A stretch of 64,000 nt of DNA from Chiloscyllium plagiosum. Taxonomy: Eukaryota. Below are positions 38,551 to 50,745 of the stretch, in pieces. The notes under the pieces were generated by a model. It saw only the letters and a list, made by a program, of their open reading frames with translations. It was not told the origin of the DNA and did no database searches. The DNA lies in NCBI RefSeq assembly GCF_004010195.1, contig NC_057718.1, forward strand, positions 82,276,458 through 82,340,457, written 5' to 3'. The position numbers and the translations under genes were made by a program. Positions within the stretch are counted from its first letter, which is position 1. The number at the start of each line of letters is the position of its first letter.

Positions 38551-38589
38551 ATGTCGGACAGACCTGTTGACCTGGGTGAGGGCAATAAG
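38551..38589 (+). CDS. SNX5: SNX5 first coding exon
   Basis: GCAATG start, MSDRPVDLGEGNK, donor AAG|GTGAGG; phase 0 joins the next exon in frame; preceded by a pyrimidine tract and CAG acceptor at 38538-38540. Confidence 0.8.
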
Positions 38590-39245
38590 GTGAGGTGTGG
38601 TTTGAGAAGCAGTCTCTTGGCTGTTTCCTGTTTGTTCATAAACAAATGCCTTCAAGGTCTCTACAGCAATTTTGGGGATTTTATATAATTTGCTCTTAGT
38701 CCCAAATGATTATAGTTTAAATATGCTGCAACTGTATATCTCTGAGTATGGGTCATGATAGTTTTAATGGAAAGTTATTGCATTTCTACTTTTGTCTGTA
38801 GGTCTGCTTTTTAAAAACTGGTAACAATCTTTATGGTAGTTATGATGTATTTTAAAGTTCGTTATTGATTATTAACAAATATCTATTTCAAACTCTTGCT
38901 CCAATTTTGATACTTCATTGCCCTGTAGCTTGACTACTTTTTGGCTTTACTTTCTGTCACTTTGCCACATCCCTTTTTTTTTCCAATTCAAAATAGTTAT
39001 CCTATTTTGCAACAGTGACTCGATTTTTGAAGAGCACTGTATGTGGCTGTAAAGTGCTTTTGGACACCGAGTTTCTGAAAAAATGTTTTTATGTGGTGCC
39101 TCTTCATGATCAAGGTACATCCCAAAATAGAGTTGTTATTCTTGAAGTAACTTTTCATCTGTAACTTTGTAGCCATACAAAAAACCCTTCTAAGAGGAAA
39201 ATCAAATGCTTAGCAAGACTTAAACTTTGAAAATGACTTTTTTTT

Positions 39246-39345
39246 TTCTAATCAACCTAGAGATGTTGCATATCTCTGGAGCAAGTGGGACTTGAACCTG
39301 GACTTCCAGTGTTTCCAATGCACACTACCAATGTGCCACAAGATA
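39246..39345 (-). mobile_element. Short (~100 bp) tRNA-derived SINE; second copy at ~36150-36245
   Basis: A box TGGCACATTGG, B box GGTTCAAGTCC, shared tail ctccagaga..aggttgattagaaaa. Confidence 0.6.
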
Positions 39346-40760
39346 GTCTCTGACTTCTCTGCATTCATGAGTAGAGCATGGTTGTGCCTAATTTTTTTGA
39401 CTTTCCCTTGACTGTAGATTGTAACTAAAATAGAGTTGTTTAAGACTGTCTACTTATTTGACAACTTAAACATTTTTAGGTATTCAGGGTAGTCTGGTAT
39501 AAATAGACCTTAGAACAGCTATTGAATATTCTGAAAGAAAATCATGGAATGATATAGCATGGGAAGTTATTTGACTTTTTGGCATGGTTAGCAAATTAGT
39601 CCCATATATCTCTTTTTGCTTTTACTAGAGAACCCTGGAAGTTATTTTTGCTTTAAATATTAATTCAGCTTCCCTTGAAAGGTACCAGTGCATCTGCTTC
39701 CACTGTCCTTTTCTGGCTGAGTTTAATTTTAAGTTTCTTGTTCTTTTGCCAACCACCTCAAATCTATGTCCTCCAGTTACTGAGCTACTGCAAACAAGTT
39801 CTACTTAGCTTTTTGAACACTTGTCCTCTTAAACCTCTCTGCTATATTGAGAACAACCTCAGTATCACCATGTAACTGAAGTCCCTTGTCACGGTACCAT
39901 TCCAATAAGTTTATTCTCCCTTTCTTCAGCCTGACTTCCTTCCTAATGTGCCCATAATTGAATAACTTTTCAGCTAAAAGGTAGCCAGAATTTTATAAAG
40001 GACTAAAATAACTTACACACTTGTGTTCTGTAGCTTTTTATAATCTAAGAATATTATGCTTTCTTAAAAATACTTGGCTACACAATCTGTAATTCCATTG
40101 TAACATCAATATAATAAAAAAGAATTCCTTCACAGAAGCATTACTAAAGGACTATGTGCTACTGAGCCACGTAAGCTATTGGCTCACATGACCAAGGCTC
40201 TGTCAAAGAGGCTTTAAGGAGTATCATGATAGAGGAAAGCAAAATTATAGGAAGGAAATTCCAGAGATTGGAGCTTACGCAGTTGAAAACACAACCAGCA
40301 CTGGAGCAAAATCTGAGACACCCAAGGCCAGAAATAAATGAGTGCAGATATCTTGCAGAGTCTTCTGGATAAAGGAGGTTTCAGCGATGGAAGAACTTGA
40401 AAATTTGAGGGGGAATTTCATAAGAGGTTTCATGACTGTGGGCCACATGGGCTGAAGGGTTGGATGAGATCAAGTTTACTGAGGGTCGAATGTGATAATG
40501 TGACAGCAAAGGCACTGACAATTTCAGCAATAGATAAAATAAGGGCTCAATTCAGGTCAGTGGATGTAGCTGGTTGTACTGATGCCATGAACATGTAGTC
40601 AGACGTTCAAACGAGTTAATAAGGCACCAGGATGCTAAGCTGAAGCCCAGACCTTTTGCTTAGGTAGATGTGAAATTATCCTGTTTTGCTATTTTAAACA
40701 AGAACAAGGTAATTCTTTTGTGCCTTGGCCAATATTCATCCCTCTTTAATAAAGCAGTTA

Positions 40761-42100
40761 TTGAATTGAATTGAATTTATTGTCACATGTACGGAGGCAC
40801 AGTGAAATGCTTTGTCTTGCAAGGAATACAGGTAGATCAGAGATACCTAACTAATAGGTAAACAGAGGCAAAAGTAAAAACACAGGTACAGGTGAATGTT
40901 AAGAGTTTGAGACAGAGATTTACAGCATGGAAACAGACCCTTCAGTCCAACTCGTCCATGCCGGCCAGATATCCCAACTCAATCAAGTCCCACCTGCCAA
41001 CACCTGGCCCATATCCCTCCAAACCCTTCCTATTCATATACCCATCCAGATGCCTTTTAAATGTTGCAATTGTACGAGCCTTCACCACTTCCTCTGTCCG
41101 CACATTCCATATATGTACCACATTCTGCGTGAAAAAGTTGTCCCTTAGGTCTCTTTCCATGGGATGGGACTCCCCCACCCCAGAGAAAAGACTTTGTCTA
41201 TTTATCCTATCCATGACCCTCATGTTCATGATTTTATAAACCTCTATCCATTCAGTATCCTAACAACAGTAGGATAGAAACTCTTTCGAAACTGGCTGAT
41301 GCATGTGTTCAGATTTCTGTACCTTCTCCCCGATGGTAGAGGTTGTAGAAAAACATTGCCAGGGTGGGAGCTTTGAGAATGTGGGCGGCTTTTCCTTGTC
41401 AACGGACCTGGCAAATGGATTCTATTAATGGGAGGTTGGCCTTTGTGATTTGCCCGGGCCGAGTTCAGCACACTCTGTAACCGTCTCTGATCTTGAATGA
41501 TACAGTTGCCATACCAGGTAGTGATACATCCAGACAGAATGCTTTCAATGGCGCACCTAAAAAAAAAGTTGGCTAAGGTATTCGCCATCATGCCAGCTTT
41601 CCTCAGCTGCCTGTGGAAGAAGAGACGTTGGGCCTTTGTAACCAGTGCGTCCACATGAAGAGTCCAAGAAAACTTGTGGATGACCACTCCCAGGATCTTG
41701 ACACTTTCCACCCGTTCTGCCTCTGTGCTGTTCATGTGTAGGGGGCATGAGTAACATCTCACTGAAAGTCAGTACAGTTAATGAGTTCCTTGATTTTGCT
41801 GGCATTGAGAGCTAGGTTGTTCTCAGTGCACCATTTTTCCAGGTCTTCCACCTCCCATCTGTAGTCTGTTTTGTCACCATCTGACATTCAACAGACTATG
41901 GTGGTGTCATCAGTGAATTTGTAAATGGTATTAGTCTGGTATTTGGCGATGCAGTCAAGGGTGTACAGTGGGGGGGGGGTTGAGTATGGACCCCAGGGGG
42001 GCTCAGTGTTGAGTGTTAGTCAGAATGAAATATTGTCCCCAACTTTCACTGTGGCCTGTGGGTCAGGAAACTGAGGAACCAGTTGCAGAGAGTGGGGCTT
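40761..42100 (-). mobile_element. Rex1/Babar-like LINE 3' part with nested CR1 3' end (~40912-41245, minus)
   Basis: ORF 41244-41762: KAQRLFF.RQLRK..FRCAIESILSGCITTWYGN..HPG..LPSGRRYR; tail AATAAA(TTCAA)n. Confidence 0.75.
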
Positions 42101-44499
42101 ATAATTGCATAGTTATTATCCAATTGCAATGTTTCGTACATTGAAATAGTGGTTACACTTCTTCCAAAGTACTTAACTGGCTGTAAGGCATTTTGAAATG
42201 TCTGATTGTGAAAAATTTAAATATAAAGTGTAAATGCTGCCTAACTTTGAAGATTGTAAGTAGGCTGTCGGGGAGATGGATAAAGCCAGTATCGTTGGAA
42301 TGAAGTGACGTTCAAAACATTGGAGCCTTTTACTTCCAATATTTCTTTGGAGGAAATTCCTGCTCATCCAGTAATGGATTTAGATGAGCAGTCTGATAAT
42401 TTAGCAAGTGTGAAGTTGAGAGAGGTGGTTGTGGAATAAAGCTCAAGAAATGAGGGCTAAGGAGAGATCCTTGGGGACAGCAGTTTGGAAGCAAAAGGAA
42501 TTTCCATTGTATGTGGAATTCTGGTCCCAATTTTGATTTATAAAAACGGTGAGGGTAATCTCAACCATGCTAAAAGCTGCTGAGGAGTTGGGAAGGGAGA
42601 GAGTGTATACAGTCAAGCCGCAATCACAAGGTGTCACTGAGAGTTTGGCAAGATGAATTTCATACCGTGGCAGGGATACAAAATGGTGTCTCAGGAAAGA
42701 TGGAAATAAATGTTGTCAACTCTCAAATTTTCAAGGATGTCAGCGGAAGGAAGGTTGAAGATAGTTATGGTTGAAGGACATTGGGTTCAAAGGTTGTGTG
42801 GGCATTTATGGGGAGGGGTGATAGATTTAGAGACAAGGCCAGTATCTAAAATGTGAAAATTGTTTAGAATGTTGTTGTTCATGGGGACTATGAGGATATG
42901 TAGGGTAATTTGCAAGTTAAGGGGAATAGGTTTAAGGGAGTGGGTTGGAGTGGTGTGGAGCACTCGAAGACATTTGGTCTAGTGGAGAGGGAGGAACAGC
43001 AAAGAAGCTGATTGTCAAAACAAACTTACTGACAAATGTGTGCTTCCTGCGTTTACTGAATTTACTACAAAGATTTATTTGTTTACCCAAGATTTGCTAC
43101 TCCTGAAACCCCTTTTATAATTCTACCATTTAGTTTATATTGCCCCATCTATTCTGCCAAAATGTCATTCAACACTTTTAAATTTAAATTTGTCTGCCTA
43201 TTTGTGTTATTTCCCTGAAGTCTGTTACTATGCTAGTCATTATTTACTTCACTTTGGGTTTTATGGTATCTGAATTGAAGTTACTCTGTATACCAAGTCC
43301 AGGTCAGTAATATTGATCAAAAAGAACAGCAGCCCTCATCCCGTGAAATGCCAATGTAATTTCCCTCCTTCTGAAAAATAACGGTTCATCATTATCTCAT
43401 TTGGTGTCCACTCTGTCACTACCCCTTTAATTTCTTGAGCTTTTAATTTTGCAGAATGATTTGTGGCACTTGTATTTTATTTTCAATCAAGAGTCCATTG
43501 CTCTACTCTGCTTTATCCAATTTTGCTGGGATTTCATTAATTAGCCCATAGTTTTCCACATGCCAATTAGTTTTGTCCTGGGATTTTGTCGTTGTCTGTG
43601 CAATGGAAATGTTTTCATAGTCTGGGCTGTAGTTCCTTGGTTTATCCCTTGTCTAGGGGGAATAGTCGGACTTTAATATCTAAACTGTTCAATCCTCTAA
43701 CACTAACCACCATTCTAAAGAGGGGTGGAAAACTATTCTAAAGTAATGATAGAACTGTTCCCCAATGCCTCAGCTCGCAAATGGATGCCACACGTGAGGA
43801 AAATTCCAGGTTCACTCACGGGCATGTGTTAACTTCTCTCTTGGCTTACAGCCAAATAGCCAAGACTGACTAGAAGGAATGAGTCTTTCAAGGTGTCTGC
43901 TCCAGGTCATTATCAAGCATCCTCTTGCTGAAAAAGTAGATGTTGGTGAAAGACAGGATTGGTTTTATGTCGGAGCTCAAAATGAATTGGAGAGAAGGAT
44001 CCTGAGCAGAGTTTAGAATGTTTAGCTTGCTGTAGTCTGGAGTGGTTGAGGTACTCGGGATAGATTCCTTTAAAGGGGAACTGCAAACCTTGAAAAAGGT
44101 TTTGCATTTTTTAAAGAAAAGCTTTCTCATTTTTTTTCCCCCTCAAGATTACGGTTTGTTTCCTGTGTTAAAGAAACTCTGGCAGAACTTTCAGTCATCA
44201 ACAAGTTGTGTGCAACTGTATTTGATCATGCTGACATTATTGTTGTGGATTACTGACAGGCAAGCATTTGGTGTTGTAATTATAATTAAATCCATCTTTT
44301 TTGCAATCTCTATAACTTAATTCCCATATTTAAAGTGGGTTGGCATTTATTGTCATGGTTTGTATATTAATATTAGTGTCTAATCTATTTATCTTCTAAG
44401 AAGCTGTGCAAACTTCCAATATTGTGTGAAATTTACATGAAGAATAGGGTGTTGTTTTTAAAGACTGATGCTTAGTAACCTCCAATAATTTTTTTTTGA

Positions 44500-45290
44500 G
44501 TCAGTCATAGAGATTTACAGCACAGAAACAGACCCTTCAGTCCAACTTTTCCTTGCCGACCAGATATCCCAACCCAATCTAGTCCCACCTGCCAGCACCT
44601 GGCCCATGTCCTTCCTATTCATATGCCTTTTAAATGTCGCAATCTTACTAGCCTCCACCACTTCCTCTGGCAGCTCATTCCATACACGTGAAAACGTTGC
44701 GTGAAAACGTTGCCCCTTGGGTCTCTTTTATATCTTTCCCCTCTCACCCTAAACCTATGCCCTCGAGTTCTGGACTCTGCCAGAAAGGACTTTGTTTATC
44801 CTACCTGTGCCCCTCATGATTTTATAAACCTCCTATAAGGTCACCCCTCAGCCTCCGACACTGCCTATTCAACCTCTCCCTATAACTCAAATCCTCCAAC
44901 CCTGGCAATATCCTTGTAAATCTTTTCTGAACCCTTTCAAGTTTCACAACACCTTTCTGATTGGAAGGAGACCAGAATTGCATGCAATATTCCAACAGTG
45001 GCCTAACCAATGTTTTGTACAGCCGCAACATGACCTCCCAACTCCTGTAGGCGAGCATACCAAACACCTTCACTATCCTATCTATCTGTGACTCCGCTTT
45101 CAAGGAGCTAGGAACCTGCACTCCAAGGTCTCTGTTCAGCAACACTCCCTAGCACCTTACCATTAAGTGCATAAGTCCTGCTAAATTTTATTTTTCCAAA
45201 ATGTAACACCTTGCATTTATCTGAATTAAACTCTATCTGCTACTTCTAAGCCCATTGGCCAATCTGGTCAAGACCTGATTGTAATCTGAG
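44500..45290 (-). mobile_element. CR1 LINE 3' fragment
   Basis: ORF 44822-45145 LYKTLVRPLLEYCMQFWSP. Confidence 0.9.
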
Positions 45291-47584
45291 GTTCCCTGTT
45301 CAGGTTATTTAAATTGCTGTTCAGTGTCAGAGTTATGATAGACTGAGCCACATTAATAGGTTAACCATCATGCATCTGCTCCAAAGTCTGTGAGGCTCCC
45401 AATAGTTCCTATGTCTCTGTAATAATGCATTGGGTTCTGGCATTGAGAATAGAACAATGACAGTTGCAGCGAACATGCAGCTGTAAAGACTTGTTGCTTG
45501 ATAGCAACGCTCTTCAAAATAGTAAAATGACTGTTGTTGGGGCTCAGTTTGGTCTAGGAACAAACTGGAGTGGGATCAATGGGAATTGACTTGTTCAAAT
45601 TATTAATAGCCAGTGAGTTTTTGTGGTGATTTCTCTGCTTCTATGGGAGTCCTAACTTGTAGTGTGCATTGAAAAGCGCAGTTTCTTTGCAGCAAGTGAC
45701 ATGCTCTTACAAGTGTTTTATACAGCTTCTCTAGGAGATCCATAGATGATATGTACTGACAGAATCTCATAACATGAGGTGAGGTGGGGTGGGAGTCACA
45801 CAGATGTTTTGGCTTTCTTCTGTGGTGTAAGCATTCCATGACAGGAGCAATAAATGTTGACCATGGCTCCAGGAGCAATGTCCCTCTTAGTATCAGCAAA
45901 TGTTTTGCCTAACTGAAAGGCCTGAGTTTAAATTCTCCTCTGAAAGATGGTTACTCAGCAATATTTGCATTGCTCATGCGTCAGCTTGGATTTTGTGAAA
46001 TAATAAGACCATTTCAAAGAGACATTGGCCCACCTATAAGGAAAATAATCTTCAGTTTTATTAATTTAAAACTAAAAATCACTCTTTTATCATTTATCTA
46101 ATTTATGTATTGATATAAAGTTTTTTTTGAAACCAATAATCGTACTATTGCATCTTTACACCAAACATCATGTATTCTTGGCAGATTAAATTTGCACTCA
46201 TCTGACCACTGTCAGTGGGTGGGGAAGTAAAATGGGATTGTGCTATAAGATTACTTGATTTAATAACTTCACTCTTACTACAAGAGTTTTATTAACAGTG
46301 CATTATAGAAATTTATTTTGACCCATTTCCCCCCTCAGTCGAAGCAAAACACTCCGAGAAAGGGAGAGAGAACGATCGTTCATGTGCACAGGGGCATGAG
46401 TTCTCGGTCTTCTCTGGAATAGCAGTTTCTTAATGAATTATTTTGTCATTGTTACAGGGAGGAGCATCCAGATAAGGCAACATAGATATTGATTGGGTGA
46501 TCATTAAAATCAATGAGCATCAACAGTAAAGATTAAGCCATCTGCTGTTACACAATGTCCTTAATCTTAATTGGCTTCAAGTAATGGATACTTTTCACCT
46601 TGTTAAACTGACATTACATACTAAATTCTTCTAATATTCTTAAATGGCTCTACATAATGAATGCTTTTCCACCTTGTTAACCCAATATACTTGCCTCCAG
46701 CACCCCATTGTTAACTACAAGTTCTTATCTGATGAGTCATGCTCAGCTGAACCTTTTGTTTCACAAAACCCATAGCTTAGCTTTTTCCCTACCTGCTCAT
46801 ATCCGATACACATTCTCCATTTGATTAATCTAATTCTGACTACTTATTTAACTTTCTGACTTTTTTCCTGTACATTATAAGTATGGCAGGATACTTGTTT
46901 TGAAATATTGTAAACCAAAGATAATTGTTTCAAAAGTGTGAAATGCTGAAATCGTTTAGTATGCCAGCCAATATCTACAGAGTGAGTAACAATTAATGAT
47001 TCAGTTCAATGACCTTTTATCAAACTGGCCACCATCAGCAATGAACCATGTTTAAACAAAAACAGAATTGGGTAAAGGGGCCATGAAAAGAATAAAAAAA
47101 TGTCTGGTAGGATGAAGGGTCAAAGTGATGAACCAATTGTATAAAATCTTTTCTCGTTATGAAGCCTGGTCTTAAATGAAAGAGAATTGGAAGCACAGAA
47201 GTAATGTGGTAGGAAGGAGACCAGAATCACACGCAATATTCTGACAGTGGCCTAACCAATGTCCTGTACAGCCACAACATGACCTCCCAACTTCTGTACT
47301 CTGAACAATAAAGGAAAGCATACTGAATGCCGCCTTCACTATCCTATTGACCTGTGACTACTCTCAATTGTCAATCAGGACTGAAGCTGCAGAGCCTTGA
47401 ACTGATCCATTGACTGTGGTGTTGCTTAACAATCCAGTTCAGTACCACCATACTATTTCTATTAAGCAGATTTGTAGGACTTGGTTTAGTGTCACCCGGC
47501 TGGTATTGTTTTCTAAAGACTAGTGCACTCATGTGATCTGCATTGATCCATGGTAGATCTCCTGGCTTGATGGTTATTCTTCAG

Positions 47585-47741
47585 GTCAGGTAGCATCCAA
47601 GGAGCAGGAGAATTGATGTTTCGGGCATGAGCCCTTCTTCAGAAAGGGCTGCTGCTCCTTGGATGCTGCCTGACCTGCTGCACTTTTCCAGCAACACATT
47701 TTCAGCTCTGATCTCCAGCATCTGCAGTCTTCACTTTCTCC
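47585..47741. mobile_element. Fold-back Penelope pLTR insertion with 14-bp TSD, inside an older LINE remnant
   Basis: TGGTTAT(T/G)CTTCAG at 47571-47584 and 47742-47755; inverted arms. Confidence 0.75.
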
Positions 47742-48579
47742 TGGTTATGCTTCAGCCAAGCAATGTTCGGCATAAGGTTACTGACTCATCAGTTGAGGAA
47801 AGATGGTAGGTGAAAATAAGCTTGAGATCTTGTCTGTGATTGAACTGATTTCTGGAAGCTCTCTGAAGTCTGGACTCAACATTGAGGGCTTTCAGGGCCA
47901 CTCCCTTCTTACTCTTTACCTCAGTGCCCCCGTCTCTGGTATGTCTGTCCTGCCTGTGGACAGGACATAACCAGGGTAGGTAGCAGATGTGTCTGGGATG
48001 TTGGCTGTAAGGTTTGATTTTCTAAGTATGTCAGACTGTTGCTGGACTAGAGTGTAGGATAGCTCTTCCAATTTTGGCACAAGTTCACAAATCTCTCATG
48101 GAGGCAAAGCAGCAGCCAACTGTCACACAGCAAGAATTTTCAAACAACAATGTGATAGTGACCAGATTTTCTTTTAAAAATGGCAATTGGGGATCTATAT
48201 TAGCCTCAAGACATCAGGGAGAGCTCCCTTTGCTCTTTCAGTTGTGGCTCAGATCTTTTTGCATCCATCTGAGAGAGCAGACAAGGCTTCAGTGTGACAT
48301 CTCCAATACAGGACAATGGCTCTGGAAGTTAAATACAATGAGAGTAATTCTCACTGCCTGTGCCTGGTATTCGAATTATGATATCCAATTTTTTTTAATG
48401 ATATTGGGAAGTCAACTTTGCCATGGCAGAAAGTAATTCTCTATATTGCTTTCTATTTGAAAGGTGCTAAGATATCAAATTACTATTTGTAATTCTCATC
48501 AGGCCTCATGTAAAATTCCACATTACACTATACTGTCTTGCATCGAGTGTAGAAGTAAGTGTCTACTTTTTGCTTTCAG

Positions 48580-48678
48580 CTCGCTTCAGTCTCCATGGAG
48601 ACAGAGCCCTCCATATTGGTTGATATTCCTGATGCTCTGAGTGAGAGAGAGAAGGTTAAATTCACAGTTCACACCAAG
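48580..48678 (+). CDS. SNX5: SNX5 coding exon 2 (start of PX domain)
   Basis: tttcag| [33 protein letters not shown] |gtaagt; 99 nt. Confidence 0.95.
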
Positions 48679-49099
48679 GTAAGTCCCCTCCTTCATGTGT
48701 ACACAAAGTATAAAAATGTCTAACTTCCATTAAAGCCATTCTAAACAAAATGAGATAAAAATAATTGACTGGAATAGGTGCTTAGAACTTTCAAAAGTGA
48801 ATCTTAGAAATGTCATTAGAGAAAAGAATTTGCAATATATTAAATACCAACTGTTTACCATCCTATGATACTTAGGTGGATGGAGAAAAATGGTTCTGTG
48901 TTAATTAGTAAAACTTTTAATAACTTGATCAGCAAAGCTGTCTGAATGTATGATTTATTTCTATGAATCTGTTTTCCCATCAAAACTGAGCCATCAGTTG
49001 GAAAAAAGCAACATTTTGAAAAACTCAGACAGCATCTGTAATTGGTGGGGGAAAATTACAGATTTAAGGTGAGCGGGGGAGAGAATTTGTTCTTGCTTA

Positions 49100-49760
49100 C
49101 TAAGTACCAACTAAACAGGCTATACAGCTGTGAACCTATCATTCTTTCTGGAGAAAGACACAGGGCTGCTAATAAACTCCATTGTTTAAGGCCTGAAAAT
49201 TTCTAGGGGATTACAGATCAGCCAGTTTAACATTGCTGGGGAACAAAAAAGGAATCATTACGTAGGCAGGCAATAGAACAACTGGAAAGAGGAAGTATAA
49301 TAATGGATAGTCAGAATTGATTTCAAAGGGGAAAATTCTGCTTAACTAACCTTACTGAACATTTTGAAGTGTGAGTGGCAATGCAGTAGATACATTTTGT
49401 CTGGATTTTCAAAAGGCCTTTGATAAGGTCATTCATAATAGCCTAACGAATGATTTGGGAAATATGGAATCTGAGATTGGAGGTAATGTCTCTAATTGAT
49501 GTCAAGACAAAACTGAGAAGCGATAAATGGTAATTATTCAGTGATTAGAAAGTTCAGTGCTGGGACCACTGCTGTTTTTAAAACTTGGATTAATAATTTT
49601 AGAATTTGGAATCAAAACTCAATTTATGTTTACAAATGATGAAATTGGAGGAATAGCTGATACTGAGAAAGGTTGCAACAAATCAGAGCATTACTAAAAT
49701 AAGGTTCAATAGATAATTTGAGTTAATGTATTTTGTGAATTCAGTAATTACAAGGTGCAA
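49100..49760 (+). mobile_element. Old CR1 RT remnant
   Basis: CLTNLTE, LDFQKAFDKV motifs. Confidence 0.65.
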
Positions 49761-50214
49761 GTCTAGCTGCAGTAGAACAACAAATCTGCAAATAAAAATA
49801 CAGTATTCACTAAAGGTTGTGCTACAGGTTAGCAAGCAAGGTCTTAAAGTTAAATACTGCAAACGTCAACCCATGTTTGTGTCCTTGAGTCTAGTTTTTG
49901 CATGTTAGCATAAGTTGAACCCCACTTTTAGTAACAAAATGCTTACATTAGACATCTCAATTTTTCACACCAAAATGCATATTTTACTTAGCAGTACTTT
50001 AACAACTGAGGTTATTGTTTTGGATGCCAATAAAAATGAAAGTGACACTATTTTGTACTATTTATTCAATAAACTGTCAACCATTTAATATGAATGACTG
50101 TTATGGTTTTTGTCATGGTTTTTAAAATCCCTACATTGTGCCTTTATGCATTCTGCATATAAGCTGACTGCCATTTTGTTTTCTTTGAGGACAAGCTGCA
50201 TGCTGATCCCCAAG

Positions 50215-50745
50215 ATAGAGTCCTAGAAATGTACAACATGGAAACAGACCCTTTGGTCCAACACGTCCTTACCGACCAGATATTCCAACCCAATCTAGTC
50301 CCACCTGCCAGCACCTGGTCTATATCCCTCCAAACCCATCTAAATGCCTTTGAACTTTGTCAAATGCCTTACTGAAGTCCATATAGATCACATCTACTGC
50401 TCTGCCCTCGTCAATCCTCTTTGTTACTACTTCAAAAAACTCAGTCAAGTTTGTGAGACATGGTTTCCCACGCACAAAGCCATGTTGACTATCCCGAATC
50501 AGTCCTTGCCTTTCCAAATACACGTACATCCTGTCCCTCAGGATTCCCTCCAATAACTTGCCCACCACTGACGTCAGGCTCACTGGTCTATAGTTCTCTG
50601 ACTTGTCCTTGCCACCTTTCTTAAACAGTGGCACCCACGTTAGCCAACCTTCAGTCTCCTGGCACCTCAACTATGACTATCGATAAGATAAATATCTCAG
50701 CAAGAGGCCCAGCAATCACTTCCCTAGCTTCCCACAGAGTTCTAA
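50215..50745 (-). mobile_element. CR1 fragment with a large internal deletion
   Basis: ORF 50320-50670 NYRPVSLTSVVGK...YMDFSKAFDKV fused directly to the C-terminal RHLDG and 3' UTR. Confidence 0.88.

Larger units (their letters stand above)
37900..38600. promoter_or_regulatory. CpG-rich bidirectional promoter of MGME1 and SNX5
   Basis: Only markedly CpG-dense unique stretch in the window; two ACTACAnnTCCCA motifs (38116-38128 minus, 38170-38182 plus), NRF1-like TGCGCTGGCGCA (38212-38223), GC boxes (~38304, ~38366, ~38405), CCAAT (~38341); first exons point outwards on both sides. Confidence 0.85.

Noticed and set aside
38590..48579. SNORD17, expected in this SNX5 intron from human
   Set aside because: I found no C box followed by the GTT(C/T)ATCCATTC 28S guide by eye; an Rfam cmscan is needed before calling it absent
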